A stretch of DNA of 64,000 nucleotides from positions 173,659-237,658 of the forward strand of contig JAWKOD010000002.1 in NCBI GenBank assembly GCA_041391385.1, read 5' to 3'. The DNA is from Bdellovibrionota bacterium. Lineage in GTDB: Bacteria > Bdellovibrionota > UBA2428. A program made the translations under genes and the position numbers. Positions 21,239 to 31,939 of this stretch are shown piece by piece. A model generated the notes under the pieces. It ran no database searches. It was not told the origin of the DNA and was given only the letters and a program-made list of their open reading frames with translations. The stretch's first letter is position 1. Each line of letters starts with the position of its first letter.

Positions 21239-21245
21239 ATACTCC

Positions 21246-21288
21246 AAAAGGTACCTAGTTACTTTTTACCTGTACCCGCTACCTTTTT
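21246..21288 (+). repeat. Degenerate REP-like element
   Basis: AAAAGGTACCTAGTTACTTTTT followed by CCCGCTACCTTTTT, the same right end as the other copies; sits between convergent genes. Confidence 0.55.
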
Positions 21289-21324
21289 ACCCGCACTGTA
21301 TACCTTTTCGTAACAGGTTATTGT

Positions 21325-21696
21325 TTACTCGCCAGTAGAGTAGGTCATTTCTAGCGTGGCAATTTTTTCTCTTAGCAATTTTTCTTTACGACGTTGTTCG
21401 TAAATGAGGCCTTCAGTTTCTTTGATAGCAGCTTCGGTATCTTTCCAGTTATCAAAGTACAGTCCCCTTCCAAGTTGTCTCAGTGTTGATTGATAGGAGT
21501 GAATTGAGAGTTGTGTATCTTCAAGGGCTTCTTCAGCTGCTTTGAGTGTTTGAATGGCGTTGACTTCAGAAACTATGGGATTAACGGGAGTAGCATTATT
21601 GTCCACATTGTCGGCTGTTGCTCTCGCTATATGTGGAGCGAGAGACAAGGTAAAAAGAAAAAATAAGTTATAAAAAAAGAAAGTTATTGTTCGCAT
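21325..21696 (-). CDS. Hypothetical secreted coiled-coil protein
   Basis: 123-aa ORF with a hydrophobic signal-like N-terminus. Confidence 0.6.
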   Translation of the reverse strand: MRTITFFFYNLFFLFTLSLAPHIARATADNVDNNATPVNPIVSEVNAIQTLKAAEEALEDTQLSIHSYQSTLRQLGRGLYFDNWKDTEAAIKETEGLIYEQRRKEKLLREKIATLEMTYSTGE

Positions 21697-21816
21697 TGCA
21701 CCCTCCGAAACTACGACTCATATAAGCAAAATCAGAGGGCTTTAGACAAATTAATAAGGCTGTCTTTGTGTCACGTAAATGATTGTTTTTGTTGTGTTTT
21801 TGCCCTAGGTCAATAA

Positions 21817-23241
<1,425 letters not shown>

Positions 23242-23270
23242 TTAAGAAGAAAGAAAGAGAAGGGAAAATC

Positions 23271-24080
23271 ATGAAAAAACTTTTAATCACGGCTTTATTT
23301 GGAGCTTTTGCAGTAGCGCAGGAGACTGCTCCCGAGGCAGCACCTAGCAACCACAGCGTTCTTTATCAATTAGACGCTACAACTGTTTTAGATGGCAACA
23401 AATATCAAGGCGATCACTTTATTCGTTATAGCTATAAGTTTGCTGATGGATATAAGCTTATGCCTGCAGTGTTGTTGTCTACTGACTACGCGAGAGCTAA
23501 TTCAAGTGCTGAATGGCACGATACATTCGCTAACCAATATGTTCGTGTTGAGCTTGATACTCCTAAATTTTGGGACATCGTAGGCTTTAAGACTGGCGTT
23601 CGTCTTCGTTACTATGTTCCTACTACTGTAGGTGACGAAAGTTACGGAACTCTAAGCGCTCGCTTAATGATGGAGCAAGAGTTTAACTCACACTTTAACT
23701 TAACTCTTATTCCTAAGTTGAACATGTATCTTCAAAGAAATGGTTACAACCGTGCTTCTGGCGACAGAAACAACATTGTTGGCTTAGCTCTTGAGATTTT
23801 ACCTCAGTATAAGTTTTCTGAAGACTTAACTCTTACTTACGACTTCGAAATCAGCGGAAAATATCTTGGAGATTCTTTTGCTGGAGACAATAACACTATT
23901 GTTAAAAGCAGCATCTATCATGAGATCGAATTTATGTATAACATCGCTTCTGCTGGAGACTTGGGTCTTGGTTTGATTGCATTTAATGAATTTGCTATCG
24001 GAAATCATTCACAAGCTGAAGTTGCTAAAGACAACGAAACTAACGTTGGTATAAGATTAGCTAAATCACTAGATCTTTAA
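23271..24080 (+). CDS. Putative outer-membrane beta-barrel protein
   Basis: Signal peptide, alternating amphipathic strands rich in Y/F/N/G, and a strong downstream terminator. Confidence 0.65.
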   Translation: MKKLLITALFGAFAVAQETAPEAAPSNHSVLYQLDATTVLDGNKYQGDHFIRYSYKFADGYKLMPAVLLSTDYARANSSAEWHDTFANQYVRVELDTPKFWDIVGFKTGVRLRYYVPTTVGDESYGTLSARLMMEQEFNSHFNLTLIPKLNMYLQRNGYNRASGDRNNIVGLALEILPQYKFSEDLTLTYDFEISGKYLGDSFAGDNNTIVKSSIYHEIEFMYNIASAGDLGLGLIAFNEFAIGNHSQAEVAKDNETNVGIRLAKSLDL

Positions 24081-24121
24081 TTTTAGGCCCTTAAAAAGTT
24101 AAAGAATCACTGGTTAGGTAC

Positions 24122-24168
24122 AAAGCAGAGGCCCCGTCGGTATTTCGACGGGGCCTCTGCTTTTTTTT
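24122..24168 (+). terminator. Rho-independent terminator
   Basis: AAAGCAGAGGCCCCGTCG-gtattt-CGACGGGGCCTCTGCTTT followed by a T run. Confidence 0.9.
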
Positions 24169-24224
24169 CAACTTATTTGACACTTACTCTAGGAATATCG
24201 AGCTATTACCGATAAGTATAAGGC

Positions 24225-25001
24225 ATGCCAACAATGACTCTACAGCCCCCAAAAATTGGTCCCGGAGTAAAGTTTTTACTTGGCTCATTGGTGGTGGTTT
24301 TTGTGCTTCAAAATGCTCTGAGTAAATTTGCTGGGGTTCATGTTGAGGCACTTTTTGGATTTTCTCCCGACGCTTTTCTTTCAGGAAGTATTTGGCAAAT
24401 TCTAACCTATCCTTTTTTGCATGGTGGGCTATTTCATGCGCTCTTTAATGCTGTTTTTATTTATATGCTGGGCTCAGAATTTGAGCGACGTTGGGGCACT
24501 TCTAAGTTTTTAAAATACTATTTTATCTGCGGCATTGGCGGAGCCTTGTTGCAGCTTTTAGTTTCGTTTGTGGGGCTCTATTTGTTTCCTGATTTGGCAG
24601 CCTCTCTTGCTAGAACTCCTATTATTGGCGCAAGTGGTGCTATCTATGGGCTCTTTGTTGCTTTTGGTTTGGTATTTGGCGATACCTACGTACTGTTATT
24701 TTTTGTACTTCCCATTAAAGCAAAACACTTTGTGGCAATTATCACCTTTATAGCGCTCTTCTCTGCAGTGTTTTACTTGGATGCAGCTTCGGGCGGAGAT
24801 GTTGCGCATCTTGTGCATTTAGGTGGACTCATTACGGGCTTTCTTTATTTGCGTTGGAAGGGACCTAATCTCACTGGAGGTGGTCGTGGTGGAAAACGCA
24901 AAATGACTCAGGATGAAGTCCGCAAGCGTTTGAGCCTTGTCGTGAACAATGATGAGAAAGATACAGTGGGTGACCAAGGAATGCCCATTACCTGGAATTA
25001 A
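24225..25001 (+). CDS. Rhomboid-family intramembrane serine protease
   Basis: WQILTYPFLHGG..H..FN, catalytic GASG and AHLVHLGG. Confidence 0.93.
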   Translation: MPTMTLQPPKIGPGVKFLLGSLVVVFVLQNALSKFAGVHVEALFGFSPDAFLSGSIWQILTYPFLHGGLFHALFNAVFIYMLGSEFERRWGTSKFLKYYFICGIGGALLQLLVSFVGLYLFPDLAASLARTPIIGASGAIYGLFVAFGLVFGDTYVLLFFVLPIKAKHFVAIITFIALFSAVFYLDAASGGDVAHLVHLGGLITGFLYLRWKGPNLTGGGRGGKRKMTQDEVRKRLSLVVNNDEKDTVGDQGMPITWN

Positions 25002-25004
25002 TTT

Positions 25005-25349
25005 TTACGATTTGTCTTCGGGTTGCTTGAGCTCGCCCCTGTGAATTTTTACTAAATTATCGATAATCGAATAGTTTCTACGACTGAGCTTTTCATAGTG
25101 CAGTCCTGCTAAGTCCCGGTTTCTCCACACTCGACGAGACTTAATTTGTATCAGCGGCATATCTGGAAAGAGTTGAATGTTGAGAGTGAACTTTTGTGGA
25201 AGTGGGCTTGATTCTTCAATGTGAATTCTAGCTCCAGTAACAGAGAAGTCAACGACCATACAGTCAACGGGCTCGTCCTCCTGCGAGGAAATGATTTGTC
25301 CAGTAAAGCGAATAATTGATCTTGGTTTTTTTCTATCTTTATGGCTCAT
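25005..25349 (-). CDS. PilZ-domain protein
   Basis: RKKPR (RxxxR) and DFSVTG (DxSxxG) c-di-GMP motifs intact. Confidence 0.88.
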   Translation of the reverse strand: MSHKDRKKPRSIIRFTGQIISSQEDEPVDCMVVDFSVTGARIHIEESSPLPQKFTLNIQLFPDMPLIQIKSRRVWRNRDLAGLHYEKLSRRNYSIIDNLVKIHRGELKQPEDKS

Positions 25350-25351
25350 GT

Positions 25352-25948
25352 TTATTCTGCTGTTGGTTTTTTACCGATATGAAATCCGTTTTCAAATAGC
25401 ATACGAGTGAGGTGATCTGATCCGTTCTGTTGCCATCTTTCGAAAAGTTTAATGGCACCATCTGAGCTGTGTAGAAGAGTTTGGTCGTAAATTTCTGAGA
25501 AGATTTCTGAAAACCTTCTAAAACTTTCGGCTAATGAAAAATAAACGTTGATAGATTTCTCGGCAGCTATGTTTTCTTTTATTTCTCCAGCTCGGTAATA
25601 CGCTTTGCCGCCAATTGCTTGGAAGTAATCTCTGTCGAGTAAGCTTCCTTTAGTGTATTCGCTAAAGAATCCCGTCGTAAAAAGTGAATAGTCGCCCAAA
25701 AACTGTAGGGCTTGTAGTTGTTGTGAATAGGGCAGTTTTTGAATTTCTAACCAAAATTCAGTTGGAGTCATGTCTTTGTGTTCGGTGGGGTGAGTGAGTT
25801 TGAGTTCTGAAGCTGTAGAAAATTTTGCAAGAAGTCCGGAGAGGTATCTCAAAACAAGTGGGCTTAGTTGAAGCCCATGACGTTTCGAAATTTTTTCTAT
25901 CTCTGTGTAAAAAAAGTCGTCTACAGACGTTACGATTGCCAGACTCAA
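25352..25948 (-). CDS. Conserved hypothetical protein
   Basis: 198-aa ORF in the same run as the PilZ gene; LGDYSLFTTGFF motif; function unknown. Confidence 0.7.
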   Translation of the reverse strand: MSLAIVTSVDDFFYTEIEKISKRHGLQLSPLVLRYLSGLLAKFSTASELKLTHPTEHKDMTPTEFWLEIQKLPYSQQLQALQFLGDYSLFTTGFFSEYTKGSLLDRDYFQAIGGKAYYRAGEIKENIAAEKSINVYFSLAESFRRFSEIFSEIYDQTLLHSSDGAIKLFERWQQNGSDHLTRMLFENGFHIGKKPTAE

Positions 25949-26156
25949 CTCAATACTCCTTCTTTAAAAGTAACCCTAAAGTGCATAGGCCTTAGTCACT
26001 TTTTCGGCATTCAAAGAGAATTTAATGATTAAGAAAGCGTTAAGAATTTGAAAAGAGGTGCTTCTTTGCCTGTAAAAAAGGTAGTGAGAGGTGGAAAAAA
26101 ACACCCTTGGCATCTTTTTGTTGCGCACTGCGCAAACGGCTGGATATAATAAGAGA

Positions 26157-28142
26157 ATGAGGGTTTTTGCGCATTCTCCCTTGGGGGCGCTTACTACAAG
26201 ATTTTTGGCTCTTTTCGTAGGAGTCTTAAGTAGCTCTTTGCTTTTTGCCAAATTTGAGCAAACAACTGGAACCAAAGTTGATTCTAAGGTTTTTGGTGGA
26301 ATGAGTGATGAGGAGGTTGAGCGTCTCGCAGGTGATCTCTCAGCGCTAAATAATGAATACATTTCTTCGATTAATAAAAACATCAAAAAATTTGATGAGG
26401 GCGATAAGTCTTCAAAATTTGGCGGCAATGGTCGTTACGGCGGCTATGGAGAAGCACACGTCACGAAGGGTGATGGTATGGTGGCTCACGAAGGTGGGGC
26501 AAATGCGGCTGAGGGATCAATCGAACGTGGGGCCTTTGGTACTACAGGTCTCAGGGGACAAGCGCGCATTGATGCAGAGAAAAAAATAATGGAAGAACGT
26601 ACCTCAAAGTTGGATCAGCCAGTTTTTGTAGATGGAAAACTATATACACATAGAAACAAGCTTACTGGTCAAATGCAGACTCAGAGTTTTGAAATATCAG
26701 CAGTTCTTTACGATGCTGGACCTGCGCACGGGGACGGAAATGACCCGCACAGAGTTTATGGCGTTAAAGCTGAGGTTCGCACTGAGAGTAATAAAAACGG
26801 AAAAGTATATGCTGACAAAACAATTCAGGATGCGACTTTAGCTCCTGGCAAACAACCGAACCTAGATTTGCTTCACAAGTCATTTAGTAAAATGGAGCAA
26901 GATAAATACATTATGATGGCCAGCGATGCCTTTGCTTTTAGATCTGCAAGGCTTGATGGTACTGACACTACAAAAAGTGAAAGTAGAAATACAGTGGGAG
27001 AATACAAGCAAATTGCAGTGGACGCATATGCTGCTTATCCGGGGGATATAAAAAAAGCAGAAGCTGAAATAGGAAAAAAGCTAGCTCAACGCGTGGCTGA
27101 GAAAAAAGTTATTCAAGATGAGAAGTTATGTCCTGATGGCACAGTTGGAAAGTGTAAGCCAAGTTCAGGCGCAGCGCAGGCGCAAAGTGAGAAGCTTACT
27201 CCTGATCAAGCAGCGCAAAAGATTTTAGCTAGGTTAGGGGCTTCGCAAGACGGTACGAATATCGAAGCTATTAAAGAACAAATTACCAAGGGAGTAGCTT
27301 TTCAAAAGGATCAGAATGGAGCCTTTACCGCATCCGATGTTTTTGTGGATGATTTGATGCAAAAGGTAAGTTTAAGATCTTTGTCGGGAGTGCTCAGTTC
27401 CTCTCAACTTGAAACATTATATGGGCAAGCTAAGCAAAATTTAGATCCTGATAGGCAGGCAAAAATTGGAGAGTATCAGCAAAGACTTCTGTCTAAGTCT
27501 AATGACTGCTTTTCATTCACGAGCTTTTGTTATTCTTCAAAATTTGGCTCTATTGATCCAAATAAAAAGCAAGTTGAAGGCGCAAATGGCTCAGCAAGTA
27601 TTGATAAAGACGATCCAAATGAATTTCAAAAAATATCGGGTGATCCAGGCGCTTATTTTAAAGATACGCGTGAGTTTATCTTTAATAAATTTGCATATGC
27701 TTATAATCGTCCATTATCTGAGTGGAAAGGTATCGTTACAAACTTAGACTTTAACAAAAATACGGATAAAAACATTAAAGATGTAGGTACCTACAAAGAA
27801 TTCTCAGATATGTACGACAATGCTATGAAAAATGCGCAAGCTATTCAGCAAAACGCAGATAAAAATCTAATTGATCGTCTCAAGTCGGCAGGCGCAACTC
27901 CTGAGCAAATTGCAAAAGTTAGAAAAAATTATAGTGTTAACTTTGATCCTAAAAAGTTAACCCACATGCAACTTTTTGGTCAAAATAAAGATCGCGATGC
28001 GGTGATGATGGACTGGCGTAAAAGCACAGATAATAAATTCTATAATCCTACTGTAAGGCAAAAACCAAGTGCTGCTCCAGCCCAGAAAAATCCGCTTTCT
28101 AATCCCCGCCCCAATACAACAAGAACTCCCGGTCTTATTTAG
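26157..28142 (+). CDS. Large hypothetical secreted protein
   Basis: Long ORF (683 aa from 26091); ATG 26157 gives a signal-peptide-like start. Confidence 0.75.
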   Translation: MRVFAHSPLGALTTRFLALFVGVLSSSLLFAKFEQTTGTKVDSKVFGGMSDEEVERLAGDLSALNNEYISSINKNIKKFDEGDKSSKFGGNGRYGGYGEAHVTKGDGMVAHEGGANAAEGSIERGAFGTTGLRGQARIDAEKKIMEERTSKLDQPVFVDGKLYTHRNKLTGQMQTQSFEISAVLYDAGPAHGDGNDPHRVYGVKAEVRTESNKNGKVYADKTIQDATLAPGKQPNLDLLHKSFSKMEQDKYIMMASDAFAFRSARLDGTDTTKSESRNTVGEYKQIAVDAYAAYPGDIKKAEAEIGKKLAQRVAEKKVIQDEKLCPDGTVGKCKPSSGAAQAQSEKLTPDQAAQKILARLGASQDGTNIEAIKEQITKGVAFQKDQNGAFTASDVFVDDLMQKVSLRSLSGVLSSSQLETLYGQAKQNLDPDRQAKIGEYQQRLLSKSNDCFSFTSFCYSSKFGSIDPNKKQVEGANGSASIDKDDPNEFQKISGDPGAYFKDTREFIFNKFAYAYNRPLSEWKGIVTNLDFNKNTDKNIKDVGTYKEFSDMYDNAMKNAQAIQQNADKNLIDRLKSAGATPEQIAKVRKNYSVNFDPKKLTHMQLFGQNKDRDAVMMDWRKSTDNKFYNPTVRQKPSAAPAQKNPLSNPRPNTTRTPGLI

Positions 28143-28181
28143 GCGTCAGAGACCTTTGGGGTAGGTCTCCGCTACCTTTTT
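28141..28181 (+). repeat. REP-like element, copy 2
   Basis: AGGCGTCAGAGACCTTTGGG-gtaggt-CTCCGCTACCTTTTT between convergent genes. Confidence 0.85.
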
Positions 28182-28195
28182 ACATACACCGACAG

Positions 28196-29435
28196 TTAAA
28201 GTGATATTTCGCCATTACTGTTTTCTTTTACACGCAAAGATAAAAGGATTCCAGGTATCGCAACTAAGCCGCAAAATATATAAAAGCTTGTCCACCCAAC
28301 GGCTTCTACAATGTAACCGGTTGGTGCACCCGAGAGATAGCGTGGTACACCCATTACACTTGTTAGGAGCGCATACTGCGTGGCCGTAAAACGCTTATTG
28401 GTAAGTCGGGCAATAAGTGTACTAAAGGCTGCTGTGCCGAGACCTGCTGTAAAGTTTTCAAAGGCAATAATCGCTGCCAGTAAAAGAGTGTTGTGTGAAA
28501 ATACAGCAAGCAGTGCAAAGGCCGCTGTGGATATGGCCTGGAAAACTCCAAATATAAAAAGCGCATTACGAATGCGCATACTCACCATGAAGAAGCCCCC
28601 GATGAGTGAGCCTGCGACAATGGCAATCCAACCTACGAGTTTAGAGGCGGCACCGATTTCTATCTTGCTATATTGCATGTCCAAGTAGAACTTTGTGCTA
28701 AGGGCACCGCCCATGTTATCTCCAAGTTTATAAAGAAGGATGAATGCAATAACGAGCCATGCGCCCTTACGTGTAAAGAAGTCTTGGAAGGGGAGGACCA
28801 CACTTTCGTAAAAATTCTTTGGAGAGGGCGAGGAAACATTTGGCTCATCTGTTAGGAACATGGCTACAATACAAGGAACCAGAACGAGTGCCATAAGTTG
28901 GTAAACTTGTGACCAAGGGAGAAACTCGGCCAAACTAAGAGCTAGGGCACCACCTATGAGTCTCATCGCGATGAGGTAAGATGTGGTGTTTAGAGCAAGT
29001 CCTAGGGCAATTTGATTGTCTGGGAGGTATTCTCTTCTCAGGCATCGAGTCCTATGTCCAAGGTTGCGCCTAAGAATGCAACAATTGAAGCCGCAATTGC
29101 AATAGTTTGAATATTCTTTCAGGGTCCATGAAACTCATAAAAACGACTGAAACCACAAGTAATATTAGAGTGAGGAGTATCCATCCCTTTCTACGTCCTA
29201 AGGGCAACGAAAACCTATCGAGCACTGGAGACCAAAATTCAGAGTATAGGGTAGGGCTAGCGTGGTACGGTAGTCCAATTGTCTTAATGTCTACACCCGC
29301 ATCACTGGCCCAAGCTTGGAGCAAGGTTCCACCAATCAGTGTAGGCACAAGGCCCGAGGCCAGGCCCATTAAAAAAACAACAAGCATGCGTGGGTTTTTA
29401 AGGGCGGTAATTTGTTCTTTAAGCGTGGCAGACAT
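28196..29435 (-). CDS. ampG: AmpG-family muropeptide MFS permease, split by indels near 28970-29300
   Basis: FLMGLASG, WSPVLDRF..LGRRKGW, LYKLGD and FTATQYALLTS. Restoring single bases gives a continuous AFLGATLDIGLDA-RREYL reading. Confidence 0.88.
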
Positions 29436-29475
29436 GAGAATATGCTACCAGATAAGGTGTCAAAGAACTTAGCAC

Positions 29476-31458
29476 TTGTCTGAAGGGTGGACTTTTTTAG
29501 GCCACTATTTCGACCTTAATAATTACCTAGGCACTTCTATAAGACTTAAAATTATGAGAGGGGGAAAAATGCGCTTATATCCATATATAGCACTACGGCT
29601 TTGCGCCTTTTTGATTTTTCCTCTTCTTTACTCTGTAGAGCTAGAGGTGCATGCCCCTATGTTGCCTCAGGACGAGGGCAATCGAAATTTAATTCTAAGC
29701 CAAGAAAAAATTGTTTTTGATTTTGAACCAGGAATTCGCTCTTTTGATCCAGAGGAAGCTCACGTGTGGGCTGCAAAAAAATGGGTTGAAGCTATTACAT
29801 CTCCTGCTGAAAGTGAAGAGGCTTTTATATCTTTAATCTGGGTTAATGGTCAGCAAATCGCGGCCCTACAAAGACAGAACAAAATTTATGTGACGAACAA
29901 AGGGAGCCCCAAATACGCCTCAATGGTGTTTGAAAAAGAGATTGAAAAAGAGCTTAAGAAATACTGCCAGCAAAAAGAGGATGCAGATACTTGTTTGGCT
30001 ACTTTAAAAGAGAAAGCTTTAAAATTAACAGAGATATTCTGGGGAGATTATAAGAAGAAGGCTGCTGAGGATTTTAAGCGAAATGGGCTTAATGAAAATC
30101 GAATTGGATTTGATCAAATCAGAGGGCACATCAGAGAAGCTTTTCAGGATAGGTTAAGCGATGCCTGGATCAGTATTAATGATTATGTCACTGCTCTTAA
30201 GGGCTCAAGCTTAAGTCCTATTGACCCCGACTTGCATAAGTCTGGACCTGTACGTCTTACGCCCTTCATTCTTCCTCCTAAGGAACAAAATGTTGGGGGC
30301 GTTAACCTTAATCATAAACGAAAAGGCTTAAGAGCTTTTCTGGATGAAACAAAAGAGGCTCTTGGCTTGAAGCCGAAAATTGAAGAAGTTCCAGAGGAAC
30401 GAAAGGCATGGAATTATGTTAGCTCTGAAAGTTCAAGTTATGACCTTTATCGCGCATCTTCTAGATACACGGATCAAGTCGTACGCTCTCTAGGGTGTGC
30501 TTATTTTGAAGAGAGTTCGCTCTTGAATGGACAAATTATTTCTCGGCTCTTGCGTAAAGGAAGCATGGATGTCGCTCAGTTAACTGACATGACGAATGAT
30601 TCGATTGAAAGCTGGTGTTATCAGCAGTTTTCGCAAGCCGAACAAATTTTAGAGTGTAAAAAAAGTATTTCACCTTTGTTTGCAGAGTTAAACAAATATT
30701 ATTGGCAAAGTATTAAAGCTGAACTTGGAAAAGACGGAAAGAAGCTGAGCAGCTACGATGTAGATGTTTTTTTTGAAAACCTAAGAAAAACAAAAGCTAT
30801 CCAAAACCCTGATCACCCACTTGGAAAGATTCATGCTGATATTACATCTCAAATGGAGAAGTTAAAGGGGCGTTGGGGGTATAGATGTCTCTCTAAAAAG
30901 GGTGAGGCCTTGGGTGATTATCGTTTTGTTAAGGCTGCTGATGAAGCTAGGGCTGTAACGGATAGTTTGCTGAAGGGAAGTCTCTTAAAATATCCACTTA
31001 GGAGTCCTCCGGCCATGTGTGCACGTGCTGTGAAAGGTGCAATGCAGGCAGCAGGAATATTTAGAACTTATCCAGGCTGGGGAAATGCAACGAGTATGGC
31101 GAATGGCTTTGAGTATGAAAACCGAAAGCATATCCATTTGAATGAAGGATATGAATTAAAGAAAATTGAAACAATGAACCCCGAGGAGGCACCTGCTTAC
31201 GCAATTATTGTCTACGGCAATGGAAACGGTCATGTGGAGCAAAAGATTCCTACATCTGAACTTGCAGCTCGTGGTATCAAGCAAATGCTTGCATATGGAA
31301 ATAAAAGAATTGACGTTGAAGACAGAGAATTTGCCTATGTGAGTGATTACATCGATTCAGCTCCAAGAAATAGTCCCAAGAGCCGCTTGGCTCGAGGTGA
31401 TGGTGGTAATAATGGTCGACCTGTCTTAGGGATTTATGTCATAATGAGGAAGTCGTAA
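29476..31458 (+). CDS. Large secreted protein with a C-terminal NlpC/P60-CHAP-like (putative peptidoglycan amidase) domain
   Basis: C-terminal CARAVKGAM..AG...P.YAIIVYG..GHVE...YVSDY supplies a Cys/His pair. Alternative start ATG 29569. Confidence 0.6.
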   Translation: MSEGWTFLGHYFDLNNYLGTSIRLKIMRGGKMRLYPYIALRLCAFLIFPLLYSVELEVHAPMLPQDEGNRNLILSQEKIVFDFEPGIRSFDPEEAHVWAAKKWVEAITSPAESEEAFISLIWVNGQQIAALQRQNKIYVTNKGSPKYASMVFEKEIEKELKKYCQQKEDADTCLATLKEKALKLTEIFWGDYKKKAAEDFKRNGLNENRIGFDQIRGHIREAFQDRLSDAWISINDYVTALKGSSLSPIDPDLHKSGPVRLTPFILPPKEQNVGGVNLNHKRKGLRAFLDETKEALGLKPKIEEVPEERKAWNYVSSESSSYDLYRASSRYTDQVVRSLGCAYFEESSLLNGQIISRLLRKGSMDVAQLTDMTNDSIESWCYQQFSQAEQILECKKSISPLFAELNKYYWQSIKAELGKDGKKLSSYDVDVFFENLRKTKAIQNPDHPLGKIHADITSQMEKLKGRWGYRCLSKKGEALGDYRFVKAADEARAVTDSLLKGSLLKYPLRSPPAMCARAVKGAMQAAGIFRTYPGWGNATSMANGFEYENRKHIHLNEGYELKKIETMNPEEAPAYAIIVYGNGNGHVEQKIPTSELAARGIKQMLAYGNKRIDVEDREFAYVSDYIDSAPRNSPKSRLARGDGGNNGRPVLGIYVIMRKS

Positions 31459-31898
31459 TGAAACATTTAACAGCTATTTTTTCTTTATTGTTTATTGGCT
31501 TTTTAAGTGCTGGAACGGCAACAAAAAAAGAAACTAAAGCTTCGAGTTCTGCTCCAAAGGTTGAGGTGAAAGCACCAAAGGCAGAAGAAAAAACTTTTAA
31601 TGAAGAAGAATTCAAGGGTCTTATGAGAGATTGGAATGATAAAGTACTCAAGGTTTTAGAGAATGGGAAAGTACCCCAAGGCATTTTTGAATTAGCTGAG
31701 AAAATTATTAAAGTGAATCCAGATATGATATCTGTGCTTGCGGAGGATCTTAGTGAGTCGCTTAAGCAAACACCTTCGCTTATAGCGGGTATTCGCAAGC
31801 AGTGGTTACCTCATTCAACGAAACCACTTTTTGTGGGCTCGTCTGGCGAAACACTGTTTGAAATGGCTGAGCGCCTTGCTAAAGACGGCAACGGCTAA
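31458..31898 (+). CDS. Hypothetical secreted protein coupled to the upstream amidase-like gene
   Basis: TAATG overlap with the upstream gene; signal-peptide-like N-terminus. Confidence 0.7.
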   Translation: MKHLTAIFSLLFIGFLSAGTATKKETKASSSAPKVEVKAPKAEEKTFNEEEFKGLMRDWNDKVLKVLENGKVPQGIFELAEKIIKVNPDMISVLAEDLSESLKQTPSLIAGIRKQWLPHSTKPLFVGSSGETLFEMAERLAKDGNG

Positions 31899-31939
31899 AA
31901 GGTAGCGGAGGTGTGCCCAAAAGGTCTCTGACGCCTTTT
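31897..31939 (-). repeat. REP-like element, copy 3 (inverted)
   Basis: Reverse complement reads AAAAGGCGTCAGAGACCTTTTGGG-cacac-CTCCGCTACCTTTT. Confidence 0.85.
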
